Part shown: piece by piece, positions 27,915-38,339 of the stretch
How positions within the stretch are numbered: position 1 is the first letter of the stretch
Layout: each line of letters opens with the position of its first letter
DNA from: an uncultured Candidatus Saccharibacteria bacterium
GTDB taxonomy: Bacteria > Patescibacteriota > Dojkabacteria > SC72
NCBI GenBank assembly: GCA_964543485.1
Contig: CAZIYI010000002.1
Coordinates: forward strand, 4,192 to 68,191
Direction of reading: 5' to 3'
DNA length: 64,000 nt
The notes under the pieces: model-generated
Told to the model about the DNA's origin: nothing
Seen by the model: the letters and a program-made list of their open reading frames with translations, nothing else
Databases searched by the model: none
Made by a program: the position numbers and the translations under genes

Positions 27915-30900
27915 TTTTTCTTTCCTGTATGAACTTAATTGTTAAGTATGTACCCATTCCTAATATTAATAAATATCCAAAGTATGAAAGTAGGTTCGGG
28001 TAATATATTACTGATACTGAATCAAAATCCTCATTTGAAACATCCCATCCCTGTTTCCACCCATTTATACTTACTCTTGTATCTTTGTCTAGAGAAGATA
28101 GAAATACACCATTTCTTTTTACTGCTACCCATCCCGAAGACTTTGCTTGCGGAATTGATATTAAAATATTCTCTTTATCCCGTGGTATCTCTTCTCTAGT
28201 TACTTTGTAATATGTAGATTGAGATGATTTAAAGACATTACTCATTTCATACTCAGAGAACTTTTTTTGATTCTCTTGAATATACATTAGATTACTCCAA
28301 GAGATAGGATACTCCATAAATACAAATTCGTTTAATACATTTTCCGTTGTTAGTTTGTAGCTGCTACTACCATATATTACATTAAGTAGTTTATCCTTAT
28401 TCGCACTGTTAAGAATATTTAAATATGATGATGTCTCTGAGTCTCTTAACATATCCTGAAACCAACACTTCTCTTCTTTGTCATAGATTAAACATAAAGA
28501 GGAGGGTATATTAGAGATATTTTCTCCTTTCCAATATACAAGATACTTTGTATTTGGTTTTGTATTAAAAAGATTTGCTGTTTGATTTATGTAATCATCA
28601 GCTACTTTCTGATACAAACCGTTTTTAACTGAGATATCAAATATCTTACTCTCGAAATCGGATCTATTTGGTTGCCAAGCACTGTTTTGCGTAGTAACTC
28701 CATTGTAAACATATCCTGTAGCACCATTTACAATCGGAATGTGTACAGTGTAGAGATTACTCTCGTCAAGGAACACATCTCTTGGCTCCCAGATATCAGA
28801 GCTCGATGAAACTGATAATGGGGTTTTTAGTTGTGCATACTCAATTTTTACACTCCTATATATTATCTCAGAGGGAGTATTTTTAACTGCATTTGTTGCA
28901 TAAAGGATTAGAGATACTCTTTCTCCTTGCTCTATTACTGTATTCAAAAGTATATCTACATTTCCAAAGAGCGTATCTGTTAAAAGATATTTCTCTGTAT
29001 TTAAACATGTTTTTTTGCTCTCAGAATATATACAGTACCCCGGATAGTTATCCTTTTCTCCCTCCCAATTTAATTTAACTCTTAAAATATTTCTTACCCC
29101 TGTATCAACCGGAATACCTGTATATACACAAGGAGATTCTGTTGTTCCTTTAATACTAAAACCTGAGGAAATCTCTTGGGGAGTAACAAATGTGCTTTCT
29201 ATGACCTCGCCCCCTGAACAATCACTTCCCTTTGTTTTAATTAAAAGAGGTAACATATCTATTGATGTAAAGTTTGTATTAGTAATTCCATATATTTCTG
29301 AGTTACTACCAAAACTATTTTCAATTGTAATACCCTTAGCAACTGTTGATTTACTAAATACAGTACTTCCTAATGTGTAGTAGTCATACTCCCCAGTATA
29401 TCTTCTAAAAGGTTTTACAGAGCCATCATTTTCTACATACGGATATGAGGGGTAAACAGAGATACTGCCATTACTGTAATTGAGCTTTGATGGGATACTA
29501 CCTAGAATCTCTTTTGATAGATTTGAATACATGTATGTACTAAATCCTTTGTATTCAAAATTACCAACTATTTCACTGTCCTCAATTCTTAGATTCTTTA
29601 ACTCCATATCTATTGGAGAGAGAGTAGGGAACTTAGGTACATCTCTCACGAATATATCCATTGAAGATATCTTAGAAAGAGATTCTGTATATACAATTTC
29701 TTGTTTACTTGGAACTTTAAAAAGAGAAAGCTTTCCACTAGACCAAATTAATTCATAATCAGAAAACAAATTCTTAACCTTCTGCTCATCTATATCAAAA
29801 GCGTATCCCTTTTCATCAATACTTGTGTCAAAGAGAACATATGAAACATCGTACCTTTGCATTAGCGAAAGAAACTCTTCCTTACTTTCAGACCTAACAG
29901 TATTTGAAATATCAAGCAATGCATCTTCCCCAACCTTCGAACCAACTGCTAAAGACATATCCATTACTGGATTAGGGACAATGTAAGAGATAAATTGGGA
30001 GCCCCAGAAGCCCCATTCATACTCCCTAAAGTAGTTATTGTTAGATGGAGGAGCGTAATATATTCTCCCTGTATCATCGTTTTTTTCAAGATACTCTCCC
30101 AATTCAAAATACTCTTGGGGGATACTTACTGCCGCCCTATCTGCAAATATATCTCCTCTAAACATATACTCCGCGTATACCAATTGTAAAATACACAGAA
30201 ATACAAAAGAGAAAAGTATGTATAACCGTTTAGGAAATTTTTTACCAACAAAAAATGCAAAAAACTTTATTAAATATACAGCTCCAAAAGTAGACAGTAC
30301 TGTAATACATATTAAATATATCTGACCTAATTTAGAAAATGGCCATCTTAATACCTGTTTGAATAGTGGGATATTTTCCTGCAACCATCCAAATACCTCT
30401 CCTAACGGTGGATTAAGAACCTTAATTAAGTATAGGGAGCCAAATCCTAAAATACCCCAAAAAAGTAATTTGTAATTCTTTTTAAATATTCCAAATATTA
30501 ATGCTATTAAAGAAAGAAATACTGGAATTAAACCAATTACTTTGTAAAAATCATATGTTTGATACAGCTCAGCCATAGGGAAAAGGTATTTCTCTCCATC
30601 CATATCAAAGAGCGTTCTGTTATACATTCTTGCAGAGGTTATTAATGTCTGAAAATCTGTCTCTAAATCTATTACACTGGCCGTTATCGTTCTATTTGTA
30701 TATGAATCGATAATATCTGAACTTGTTGATAGGGTATAGTGAATGAATGGTAGTATCCAAAATAGCTGCGTTATTAAAAATACCCCTAGTGTAATTAAAA
30801 TATTCTTTATCTCTTTCTTTACTTGTTTCTTTGAAACGAGATTGATAAATAGTGTAAAAGCAATTAAAAAGATTAGATCGATAAAAAAGAGCGTAGCTAT

Positions 30901-31512
30901 TACACTTGTTGCAGAGAAGAGTATGGAGGAAACAAATAGAAAAAAAAGATTCCCCCAACTATTCTTTACTGAATATCTATATATTGCCAAAAGTATTAAA
31001 GGCAAAAAACCGAAATTAACAATATATGGGGCCATGTTCTGATAGAAAAGCCACATTGTCCAAAGCGTAGAGAAATATATTACCCCACTTAATAGATATC
31101 CCCAATTAAAGTATCTTTTTAATTTACTTTTTTGGATTAAAATTCTTGTTAAACAAGCAATAGATACAGATCCAATTGCCATTGAGAAAAAGTAAAACAG
31201 TTGACCAATTAACCAACTAGGTAAGAATGTATCAAAAACAGAGTATATACCCGATCTAAACACATCTGCCTGTTCACTCTCAGATGCAAATCCCAATACT
31301 CTGTATCCTCTCCATGCTGGAGATTCTAAATATCTAGATACAGATAGAGTAGGGTTTAGCTCTGGCGAGTAGTTATCATTAGATAACAGGTATTTACCTG
31401 GTTGTATAGAAAGTATACATATTAATAGTAAGAGTAATATTAATAGTATTTCAGGAAATCTTTTTTCAAGAAATTTTACAATATTAATATATTTAACCTT
31501 AGGTAATTTCAT
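27901..31512 (-). CDS. Large polytopic membrane protein, probable GT-C fold glycosyltransferase (AftD/YfhO-like)
   Basis: About 12 N-terminal TM segments, large extracytoplasmic domain, INGWKQGW followed by a C-terminal TM; overlaps the GT2 gene. Confidence 0.65.
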   Translation of the reverse strand: MKLPKVKYINIVKFLEKRFPEILLILLLLLICILSIQPGKYLLSNDNYSPELNPTLSVSRYLESPAWRGYRVLGFASESEQADVFRSGIYSVFDTFLPSWLIGQLFYFFSMAIGSVSIACLTRILIQKSKLKRYFNWGYLLSGVIYFSTLWTMWLFYQNMAPYIVNFGFLPLILLAIYRYSVKNSWGNLFFLFVSSILFSATSVIATLFFIDLIFLIAFTLFINLVSKKQVKKEIKNILITLGVFLITQLFWILPFIHYTLSTSSDIIDSYTNRTITASVIDLETDFQTLITSARMYNRTLFDMDGEKYLFPMAELYQTYDFYKVIGLIPVFLSLIALIFGIFKKNYKLLFWGILGFGSLYLIKVLNPPLGEVFGWLQENIPLFKQVLRWPFSKLGQIYLICITVLSTFGAVYLIKFFAFFVGKKFPKRLYILFSFVFLCILQLVYAEYMFRGDIFADRAAVSIPQEYFELGEYLEKNDDTGRIYYAPPSNNNYFREYEWGFWGSQFISYIVPNPVMDMSLAVGSKVGEDALLDISNTVRSESKEEFLSLMQRYDVSYVLFDTSIDEKGYAFDIDEQKVKNLFSDYELIWSSGKLSLFKVPSKQEIVYTESLSKISSMDIFVRDVPKFPTLSPIDMELKNLRIEDSEIVGNFEYKGFSTYMYSNLSKEILGSIPSKLNYSNGSISVYPSYPYVENDGSVKPFRRYTGEYDYYTLGSTVFSKSTVAKGITIENSFGSNSEIYGITNTNFTSIDMLPLLIKTKGSDCSGGEVIESTFVTPQEISSGFSIKGTTESPCVYTGIPVDTGVRNILRVKLNWEGEKDNYPGYCIYSESKKTCLNTEKYLLTDTLFGNVDILLNTVIEQGERVSLILYATNAVKNTPSEIIYRSVKIEYAQLKTPLSVSSSSDIWEPRDVFLDESNLYTVHIPIVNGATGYVYNGVTTQNSAWQPNRSDFESKIFDISVKNGLYQKVADDYINQTANLFNTKPNTKYLVYWKGENISNIPSSLCLIYDKEEKCWFQDMLRDSETSSYLNILNSANKDKLLNVIYGSSSYKLTTENVLNEFVFMEYPISWSNLMYIQENQKKFSEYEMSNVFKSSQSTYYKVTREEIPRDKENILISIPQAKSSGWVAVKRNGVFLSSLDKDTRVSINGWKQGWDVSNEDFDSVSVIYYPNLLSYFGYLLILGMGTYLTIKFIQERKNGKK

Positions 31513-31667
31513 TATGTATAGATTATATCAAAAAGATATATATTTCTATCTAATAAATATACTTGACTTTATGTCCTTAAATTATTAACATAAATGTATA
31601 TAAAACTGCCTATATATTGTTTATCTCTAATAGGTAAGTTGCATTTTAATATTAGCTATAAAGTAAA

Positions 31668-34163
31668 ATGGCTTTTAACCGATTTGGAGAAATCATATCA
31701 GAAGGCAAAGATGAGCAGAACTCCCTAATAATAAATGCGAAGGGAGACATCAAGAATGTTACAACTGGAGAGATTACATCTACTACACAAAATAATAATG
31801 ATTCTATTCCTAGCCAAAATGATATTGATCTAAAAAAATATAACGAAACACTCTATCCAACTGAAGGATCTATTCCTGATAGAGTAGAAAATAATCAAAG
31901 CACTGATAGCTTTGTTATTGCTACCCAAAAGGATACTCCAATTCTAGAAGGGCAAGGGGATGAAAGAAAAATCAAACAAAACTATTGGGACAATCCCCAA
32001 AAGATAAAAGAAAATTTCAACAGTTTTGATGAAGCAATGAAAGATGAAGATGCAGATAGATATAGAAAGTTTCAAGATACTGGACAAAACCAGGCAGAAG
32101 AAATAAGTATTACAGAAGATTCCAAATGGGCATCACTTCCTAAAAACTTAATAAATCAAAATGATAATTCTTCTAAAGAAAAACAGGAAAATCAAGAAGC
32201 TCTAGATTCAAATACTAGAGCTAATGAAGGATTCAAACCACTTACACCCATATCCCAAAATGCTAAAGACTTCTTTGCCAATGAAGATAAAATTGCTGAC
32301 TTAGCTAAAAAAGATGCCGCTCATCAGAAAGAATTAGATTCTAACTCTAAAGCGAATGAAGGATTTAAACCACTCACGCCCATATCACAAAATGCTAAAG
32401 ACTTCTTTACCAATGAAGATAAAATTGCTGACTTAGCTAAAAAAGATGCCGCTCATCAAAGAGAATTAGATTCTAATTCCAAAGCTAATGAGAGATTTAA
32501 TGGCTCATTTGATGTAAAGGCATCACAATCACTTGAAGATATTGATCTTATTTCGGGTGATTTACGAGGTAAAAACTTTCAAAATTCTCTTGCAGAGCTT
32601 ATGGATGAAGAAACCGCAAAAAGATATTTAGAATTTTTAAAAAGAGATCAAGAAAAACCCTTAGTTATAACACCAGAACAAACTGAGATAGATAAAAAAT
32701 TAAATGAAATAGAAATTAAGCTTGGAGAGATTGATTCAAAGTTAGGGACAATGGATACACGTCTTAACGAAATAAACACAAATATTCAAACCCTATTACA
32801 AGGACAAGAAGCAGGGCAACTAACACAAGAACAGCTATTAGAATACATAAAACTCTTACAAGAACAAGGTCAAATACAAATCGAAATGTCCCAAAGTAAT
32901 GCAGAGAAATATAGAATAAGTATGGAAAATGCTCTTAATTTAATCTTATTAAAATTAGAAGAGGACAAACAACCAGTACCACCAGTAGTACCACCAGTAG
33001 TACCACCAACAGTACCACCAGTAGTGCCACCAACAGTACCACCAGTAGTGCCACCAGTAGTGCCACCAACAGTACCACCAGTAGTGCCACCAACAGTACC
33101 ACCAGTAGTACCACTGCCAAGTCCAGTAACAATTGAAAGTGCAAGAATACAAGCTCTTGAAGATCAATTAAGAGAACTTAGAGGAGAAAATACACCAGAG
33201 CAAAAATCTGCTGCCCTTGGAAGAGAATTAGCAGTACTAGAAGCTAAACTCATAACCCCAGGGGGATTAACTGATGCTGAAAAGATTCGATACTTTGATA
33301 TATTAAAACAGAAAGAGGCGATTGATAAACCACTTGAGATTGCTACCCAAGAAAGTGAGAAAAAGAGAAAAAATAAAGAAAAATGGATTAAGATTGTAGC
33401 CGGAGTCGCTGGCGCAGGTGTAGCATTGGCAACACCAGCCGTTGGATTAGCAGCAGTGATTGGAATAACACTTGGAGGAAGGATAATAGGTAAGAGTCTC
33501 TTATCACAAGGAGAAAAACTCAGATCAAAATCAAACTCAATAAAATATGAAGCTAGAACTGGAAAAACTATATCCGAATTAATTGAGATGGATAAAAAAC
33601 AGAAACGAAATCAATGGTGGGCAAACAGATTAGGTGAAGCAGGTTCTGTACTAGTTGGAGGTGCAACAGGATATGCTATCGGTACACTTTTCGAAGGACT
33701 TGTTGGTAAGGATTTTTACATTGGAATGAATAATCAAATTACACCAGAAGTTCCAGTAGTATCTGATGGACAAACTCAGACAGTTACAGAGACTCCACAA
33801 CCAGAAGTTAGTGAAGTTTCAACTCAACAAGCATCAGCAACATCACAGCCCGAAGTATCATCAAATATTACAGAACCCATAATTGAAAATTGGGCAAGCG
33901 GAGATACCTTTAATGTATCTGATTTGGGTTGGGATTATAAGGATCTTGGATATATAGGACCTAGAGTTCATCTTACAAATTTAGGTGGGGCAGAAGGCGA
34001 ATTACAAGGGGAGTTCTTTAGAGCACTTTCAAATTTAGTTCCTAAGGAACAGTTGATGGGCCAAGCAAATGGAAATGTTGTTAATCAATTTCTCAGAGCT
34101 GCATATAATGGTATGAATCCTACCGAAGCTGCTACCAAAGCTGCAGAGGCATTAATACGATAG
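31668..34163 (+). CDS. Repeat-rich hypothetical protein with coiled coil, PPVV repeats and Gly/Ala-rich hydrophobic helices
   Basis: 831-aa ORF with internal repeats. Confidence 0.8.
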   Translation: MAFNRFGEIISEGKDEQNSLIINAKGDIKNVTTGEITSTTQNNNDSIPSQNDIDLKKYNETLYPTEGSIPDRVENNQSTDSFVIATQKDTPILEGQGDERKIKQNYWDNPQKIKENFNSFDEAMKDEDADRYRKFQDTGQNQAEEISITEDSKWASLPKNLINQNDNSSKEKQENQEALDSNTRANEGFKPLTPISQNAKDFFANEDKIADLAKKDAAHQKELDSNSKANEGFKPLTPISQNAKDFFTNEDKIADLAKKDAAHQRELDSNSKANERFNGSFDVKASQSLEDIDLISGDLRGKNFQNSLAELMDEETAKRYLEFLKRDQEKPLVITPEQTEIDKKLNEIEIKLGEIDSKLGTMDTRLNEINTNIQTLLQGQEAGQLTQEQLLEYIKLLQEQGQIQIEMSQSNAEKYRISMENALNLILLKLEEDKQPVPPVVPPVVPPTVPPVVPPTVPPVVPPVVPPTVPPVVPPTVPPVVPLPSPVTIESARIQALEDQLRELRGENTPEQKSAALGRELAVLEAKLITPGGLTDAEKIRYFDILKQKEAIDKPLEIATQESEKKRKNKEKWIKIVAGVAGAGVALATPAVGLAAVIGITLGGRIIGKSLLSQGEKLRSKSNSIKYEARTGKTISELIEMDKKQKRNQWWANRLGEAGSVLVGGATGYAIGTLFEGLVGKDFYIGMNNQITPEVPVVSDGQTQTVTETPQPEVSEVSTQQASATSQPEVSSNITEPIIENWASGDTFNVSDLGWDYKDLGYIGPRVHLTNLGGAEGELQGEFFRALSNLVPKEQLMGQANGNVVNQFLRAAYNGMNPTEAATKAAEALIR
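32202..32492 (+). repeat. 132-bp (44-aa) intragenic tandem repeat, about 2.2 copies
   Basis: LDSN..ANEGFKPLTPISQNAKDFF.NEDKIADLAKKDAAHQ.E units start at 32202, 32334 and 32466. Confidence 0.9.
32979..33110 (+). repeat. 12-bp tandem repeat, 11 copies (PPVV/PPTV)
   Basis: CCACCA(GTA/ACA)GT(A/G) units. Confidence 0.92.
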
Positions 34164-34189
34164 TTTGTTTAAAATAAAAATATATAATA

Positions 34190-34603
34190 ATGAAAGATGA
34201 AATTATTCAAAAGATAAAAGAACTTGGAGTACCAGAACAAGAAGTAGAAAATCTCTACAATCTGCTATCAGAACAGATACTAGACCTTCTTTTTGAGGAT
34301 TTAAGCGAACAGTTAAGTGATGATGAATTAGGAGTAATTGAAAATAGAATTAAAGAAGCAAAATCCCCTGAACATTTCGAAACAATTATTAAAGAACTCG
34401 CATTTACAACTTATGGTGATAACGCCCCAACAGAAATTAACAATATGTATCTTGATTTAATTGATACCTTTAAAAAGAACGTAGAAGAAACAAAATCACT
34501 AATACAAAGAGCTAACTCCGGAGACCCAGAAGCTCAACAGGTTTTAGAAAAAGCAAAAGAAACTGATTTATACAAAGAAATTACAACGCAATCAGAAGAA
34601 TAG
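34190..34603 (+). CDS. Acidic helical hypothetical protein (resembles CPR DUF5663-like proteins)
   Basis: 137-aa ORF co-oriented after the 831-aa gene; family assignment from recall only. Confidence 0.6.
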   Translation: MKDEIIQKIKELGVPEQEVENLYNLLSEQILDLLFEDLSEQLSDDELGVIENRIKEAKSPEHFETIIKELAFTTYGDNAPTEINNMYLDLIDTFKKNVEETKSLIQRANSGDPEAQQVLEKAKETDLYKEITTQSEE

Positions 34604-34607
34604 AACT

Positions 34608-36026
34608 CTACTTCAACGGATGATTCTTTTTAACAGTTTCTTCTGCAAACTTTTCACTTGCATGTACATATTTAGTAGTTGTATTCAAACTCTCATGACC
34701 CAAAAGAATCTGTAAAGCAACAGCACTAGCACCATCCTCCGCCATATATGTAGCAAACCCATGCCTTAAACTATGTGCTGATGTAGGTATCTGTATACCT
34801 AATCTCTTTCTGTAATCTGCTATTTTTTCTTGGAAATAGTTAGTAGATAACCTGCAATTAGGTTTTTTACTTCTAATACCTACAAAAGGAACGAATAGGG
34901 CAGGGGAGTTAAATTTCTCTAAAAATTTATTCTTCCTATACTCCTCAATCAATCTAATATATTTCCTATTCTCAGAATCAAAAACTTCTAAATTTAATCC
35001 TTCAGAATTCATATCTCCCGGCAATGTTTCACGGTGTTTCATGTTTCTATCCTTAACTCCAATATCTATAAACAACTTATCTACATTTCCCGGTTGTTCC
35101 TCTTTCTCCCTATCTGAAAAAGCATACTCCAATCTTAACTTCAAATATTTATTTAACCATCCCAAAGCTCTGTTTGTCATATATACAGCTCTCTCTTTTT
35201 TACCCTTTCCCATTACATATATTTTACCCTCAACATTTAACTGTTCTATATTCATATTTATCAACTCTGATATCCTCATACCTGTTGCAAAAAGCATCTC
35301 TAACATGCACCTGTTTCTTAGCGCTACACGCTCATCTTTCTCAAACTCCATAGGTGCTTCTATCAATCTCGTAAGATCTTCTAAAGAAGCAACCTTTTTA
35401 ACTTTCTTTTCACCTCTTACCATCTGAATACCATCAGGAGGAATTGGAATATCAAAATCAAAATCTATTCTAAACTTTAAATACGATCTAATTGCAGATA
35501 GCATTCTATTAATACTTCTAACATCTAAACCATTTTTACTCCTAGCTCTGGAATTTAATGGCCTTTCTAAAATACCCAACGAACCGTATACCTTACCGTA
35601 GACTTTTGTAAGAAAGTCCTCCTCATATACCTGTGGAGAACCCTCTGTACTAGTTTCATCATTTTCATCTTCATCCACAGGTCTATTCATACCACTTAAA
35701 TTTTTTGTAGGGCTTGCTGGGCCTCTAAGCGCTTTGACATCTGTTTGTATTGTCTTAAAGCCCTTTTCCACACATTTCTCCCTTATTCTATCCAAATCTT
35801 TCAAATGATTACCACTCCCTAGGTACCCTTTATAGTTTAAAACATCTATCTTGGTTAACTTATCAAACTTTATATTATTAAAATGTAAATACACACTAAA
35901 TATGGAGAGATCCCTGGCGTAACTAATAATAGTTTGAAAGCTATACGCATTATTTTGTAAATTCAAAAAATACATATCCTGATCAGGAAGTTTAGGGATA
36001 TCATTTAATAGGAATGTTTTTTTCAT
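34608..36026 (-). CDS. Tyrosine recombinase (XerC/XerD-like) with two large insertions
   Basis: TIISYARDL, LFATGMRISEL, GKGKKER, HSLRHGFAT, LLGHE, TTKY: full R-K-H-R-H-Y catalytic set. Confidence 0.92.
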   Translation of the reverse strand: MKKTFLLNDIPKLPDQDMYFLNLQNNAYSFQTIISYARDLSIFSVYLHFNNIKFDKLTKIDVLNYKGYLGSGNHLKDLDRIREKCVEKGFKTIQTDVKALRGPASPTKNLSGMNRPVDEDENDETSTEGSPQVYEEDFLTKVYGKVYGSLGILERPLNSRARSKNGLDVRSINRMLSAIRSYLKFRIDFDFDIPIPPDGIQMVRGEKKVKKVASLEDLTRLIEAPMEFEKDERVALRNRCMLEMLFATGMRISELINMNIEQLNVEGKIYVMGKGKKERAVYMTNRALGWLNKYLKLRLEYAFSDREKEEQPGNVDKLFIDIGVKDRNMKHRETLPGDMNSEGLNLEVFDSENRKYIRLIEEYRKNKFLEKFNSPALFVPFVGIRSKKPNCRLSTNYFQEKIADYRKRLGIQIPTSAHSLRHGFATYMAEDGASAVALQILLGHESLNTTTKYVHASEKFAEETVKKNHPLK

Positions 36027-36055
36027 ATGTATATATTAACTTTTTAAAAAATAAA

Positions 36056-36480
36056 ATCAAAGTAGGGGACTTTTTTTGTTTTTCCCATAGATAAAAGAAA
36101 TATAGGGGATATGTAAAAATTAAATGGGAAATACAGAGGGAAAAGATATTTTTATTTTTATATATTTTTCTCATTAAGTATTTAATATAAAACTCTTGGT
36201 TTAAGTACTCCCTTAGGTCGTACAGATATACGACCGCATATAAGGATGATTATACTCGGTTATATGATATAAGAAATCATAACATAATGCAACATAGGGG
36301 ATAGCACTCTCCCATCAGAGACATAGTTGGGATTACTTCTGTATAGATTCTCTACTATTTAAATATTTATTCCCATTATAATGAAATATATTAGCACTTG
36401 GTTATCCACATTGATATTACTATGGGACCTGTGAAACTATGGGCTGTTACTTGCTATGAGCCCTACTCCCCTACTTTGAT
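36056..36480. other. 425-bp element bounded by perfect 14-bp inverted repeats (candidate invertible segment or recombinase site)
   Basis: ATCAAAGTAGGGGA at 36056-36069 and TCCCCTACTTTGAT at 36467-36480. Confidence 0.6.
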
Positions 36481-36484
36481 ATTT

Positions 36485-37312
36485 CTATACTAAAATATTC
36501 AAAAAGAAATTTAGAAAAATAACAATAATTAAAGCAATAATATAAAGAATAAACTCTATACTAAACCTCTGTTTAATCACCTTCATATTAGCCACCCCTA
36601 TACCAACAAAGTACCCTATCGTTGGACCAAGTGCAGAAACCTCATGTAATATCCCAGATAAAAATGTTCCTAAGAACATAAAAAAAACAATTAGGGAAAC
36701 TAATACAGTTTTACGAGAAAGTAAAATTCCCTCAAAACCAAGATTTCTAAGATGAATATATGAAAAGAAAATAATAATGAAAAGCTCGAAAGGAAGAAGA
36801 ATATACGGGGCTAATTGTAATGATAGTAAGCTAAAGGTAATAAAGAAAATCGATAGTGTCGATATTATATACGAAGTCGTTCTACCAACATTCACCAAGG
36901 GTATATTTTTGTATAGATTAACATTAAAAACATTAGCCATTAAATATGATATGTAGGTACTAAAGAACAAAAGTGCCACAAGAATTAAAAGCAGTATACC
37001 CTCATAAATACGACTAAACTTCTCTACAAAGAATAATTGAATAAATAGATACTCTGACATAACAAAAAGAGAGCTATGTAGGAGAAAAAACAAAGATTTA
37101 ACTTTAACTTGGAAATTAAATGCCCAGACTAAACCAGTAAAAGAGATTAACAAATAAATAAGAGCAGTTATAATGATCTTTCCTACAGTTGGGTCATTAT
37201 TTTTAATTAGTGTTTGAACAAAGACAGAAAGAGCAATTAACAATGCTAATGAAATTAACTTACCCCTCTTTACAGAATCTTCTGTTTTAATTGAAATATT
37301 TTCTACCCCCAT
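36485..37312 (-). CDS. Polytopic membrane protein of unknown function
   Basis: About 8-9 TM segments; overlaps the ruvB stop. Confidence 0.75.
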   Translation of the reverse strand: MGVENISIKTEDSVKRGKLISLALLIALSVFVQTLIKNNDPTVGKIIITALIYLLISFTGLVWAFNFQVKVKSLFFLLHSSLFVMSEYLFIQLFFVEKFSRIYEGILLLILVALLFFSTYISYLMANVFNVNLYKNIPLVNVGRTTSYIISTLSIFFITFSLLSLQLAPYILLPFELFIIIFFSYIHLRNLGFEGILLSRKTVLVSLIVFFMFLGTFLSGILHEVSALGPTIGYFVGIGVANMKVIKQRFSIEFILYIIALIIVIFLNFFLNILV

Positions 37313-38337
37313 ATACTTTGAACATATTTTATACCATTTGGAGTTAAAACTCTTCCCCTAGAAGTCCTCTTTATCAAACCACACTTCATAAGATATGGCT
37401 CGTGTACATCAAGTATAGTAGAAATCTCCTCAGAGACACTAGCTGCTAATGTAGAAACACCAACAGGCCCACCATCAAAATTAAAGAATATAACCCTAAG
37501 TATTTCCCTATCAATACTCTCTAACCCCAAATCATCTATACCTAATAACTTCATAGTACTATTTACAGTATCGCTATTAACACTTTTCTGATTACTACTC
37601 TCTGCAAAGTCCCTAACCCTTCTTAAGAGACGTAGTCCGATTCTTGCTGTACCCCTAGATGCAAGAGAAAGCAATTTTAGAGCATCCTCATTTACATCAA
37701 TAGACCATAGGGAAGAAGCTCGTTTTAATATCTCTATCATATCTTCATCATCAAAAAAATCTAATCTCTGAATTAGCCCAAACCTATCTCTCATTGGAGA
37801 ACTTATCTTCCCTATCTGCGTAGTAGCCCCTATTAAGGTAAATGGTTCTAAATTAAGTCGAATTGTTTTTGCAGAAGGACCCTTACCCATAACAATATCC
37901 AACGCCCTATCTTCCATAGCAGGATACAATATCTCTTCTACTACTCTAGATAATCTATGTATCTCATCTATAAATAGGACATCATTTTCTTTAAGGTTTG
38001 TCAGTATAGCGGCTAAATCACCCTGTCTTTCAATAGCAGGACCAGATGTAATTCTAATTGATGAACCAATCTCATTTGCAATAGCAAATGCAAATGTTGT
38101 TTTACCAAGCCCTGGGGGACCGTAGAAAAGTATATGATCAATAACCTCTCCCCTCCCCTTCGCAGAATCAATCATCATCTTAACGGTTTTCTTCTCCTGT
38201 TTTCTTCCTATCATCTCATCTAATTTAGAAGGCCGAATCTTTTGAACCTGCTCCTCTAATTCAACATTATTTTTAACCACTATACTGCTGTTTTTTAGTG
38301 CGTTTCTCTCTTCGGTTTTTTTACTTGATTTAATCAT
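37303..38337 (-). CDS. ruvB: Holliday junction branch migration helicase RuvB
   Basis: GPPGLGKTT, TSGP, FIDEIHRL, LYPAMED, RDRFG. Confidence 0.97.
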   Translation of the reverse strand: MIKSSKKTEERNALKNSSIVVKNNVELEEQVQKIRPSKLDEMIGRKQEKKTVKMMIDSAKGRGEVIDHILFYGPPGLGKTTFAFAIANEIGSSIRITSGPAIERQGDLAAILTNLKENDVLFIDEIHRLSRVVEEILYPAMEDRALDIVMGKGPSAKTIRLNLEPFTLIGATTQIGKISSPMRDRFGLIQRLDFFDDEDMIEILKRASSLWSIDVNEDALKLLSLASRGTARIGLRLLRRVRDFAESSNQKSVNSDTVNSTMKLLGIDDLGLESIDREILRVIFFNFDGGPVGVSTLAASVSEEISTILDVHEPYLMKCGLIKRTSRGRVLTPNGIKYVQSIWG

Positions 38338-38339
38338 AT

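Noticed and set aside
32979-33110. Possible CRISPR array
   Set aside because: Contiguous 12-bp coding repeats with no spacers, and no cas genes in the window.
32935-33167. Antisense ORFs with WWHY/WWYC and LLVV repeats that look like RiPP or membrane peptides
   Set aside because: They are reverse-strand readings of the PPVV 12-bp repeat inside the 831-aa gene.
36277-36304. dif-like site (TTATGTTATGA arm on the minus strand)
   Set aside because: Only a partial XerD-arm match and the other arm is not convincing; cannot be supported without whole-genome skew.
36302-36400. CIRCE half-sites TAGCACTC and TTAGCACTT
   Set aside because: No matching second arm at 9-bp spacing.
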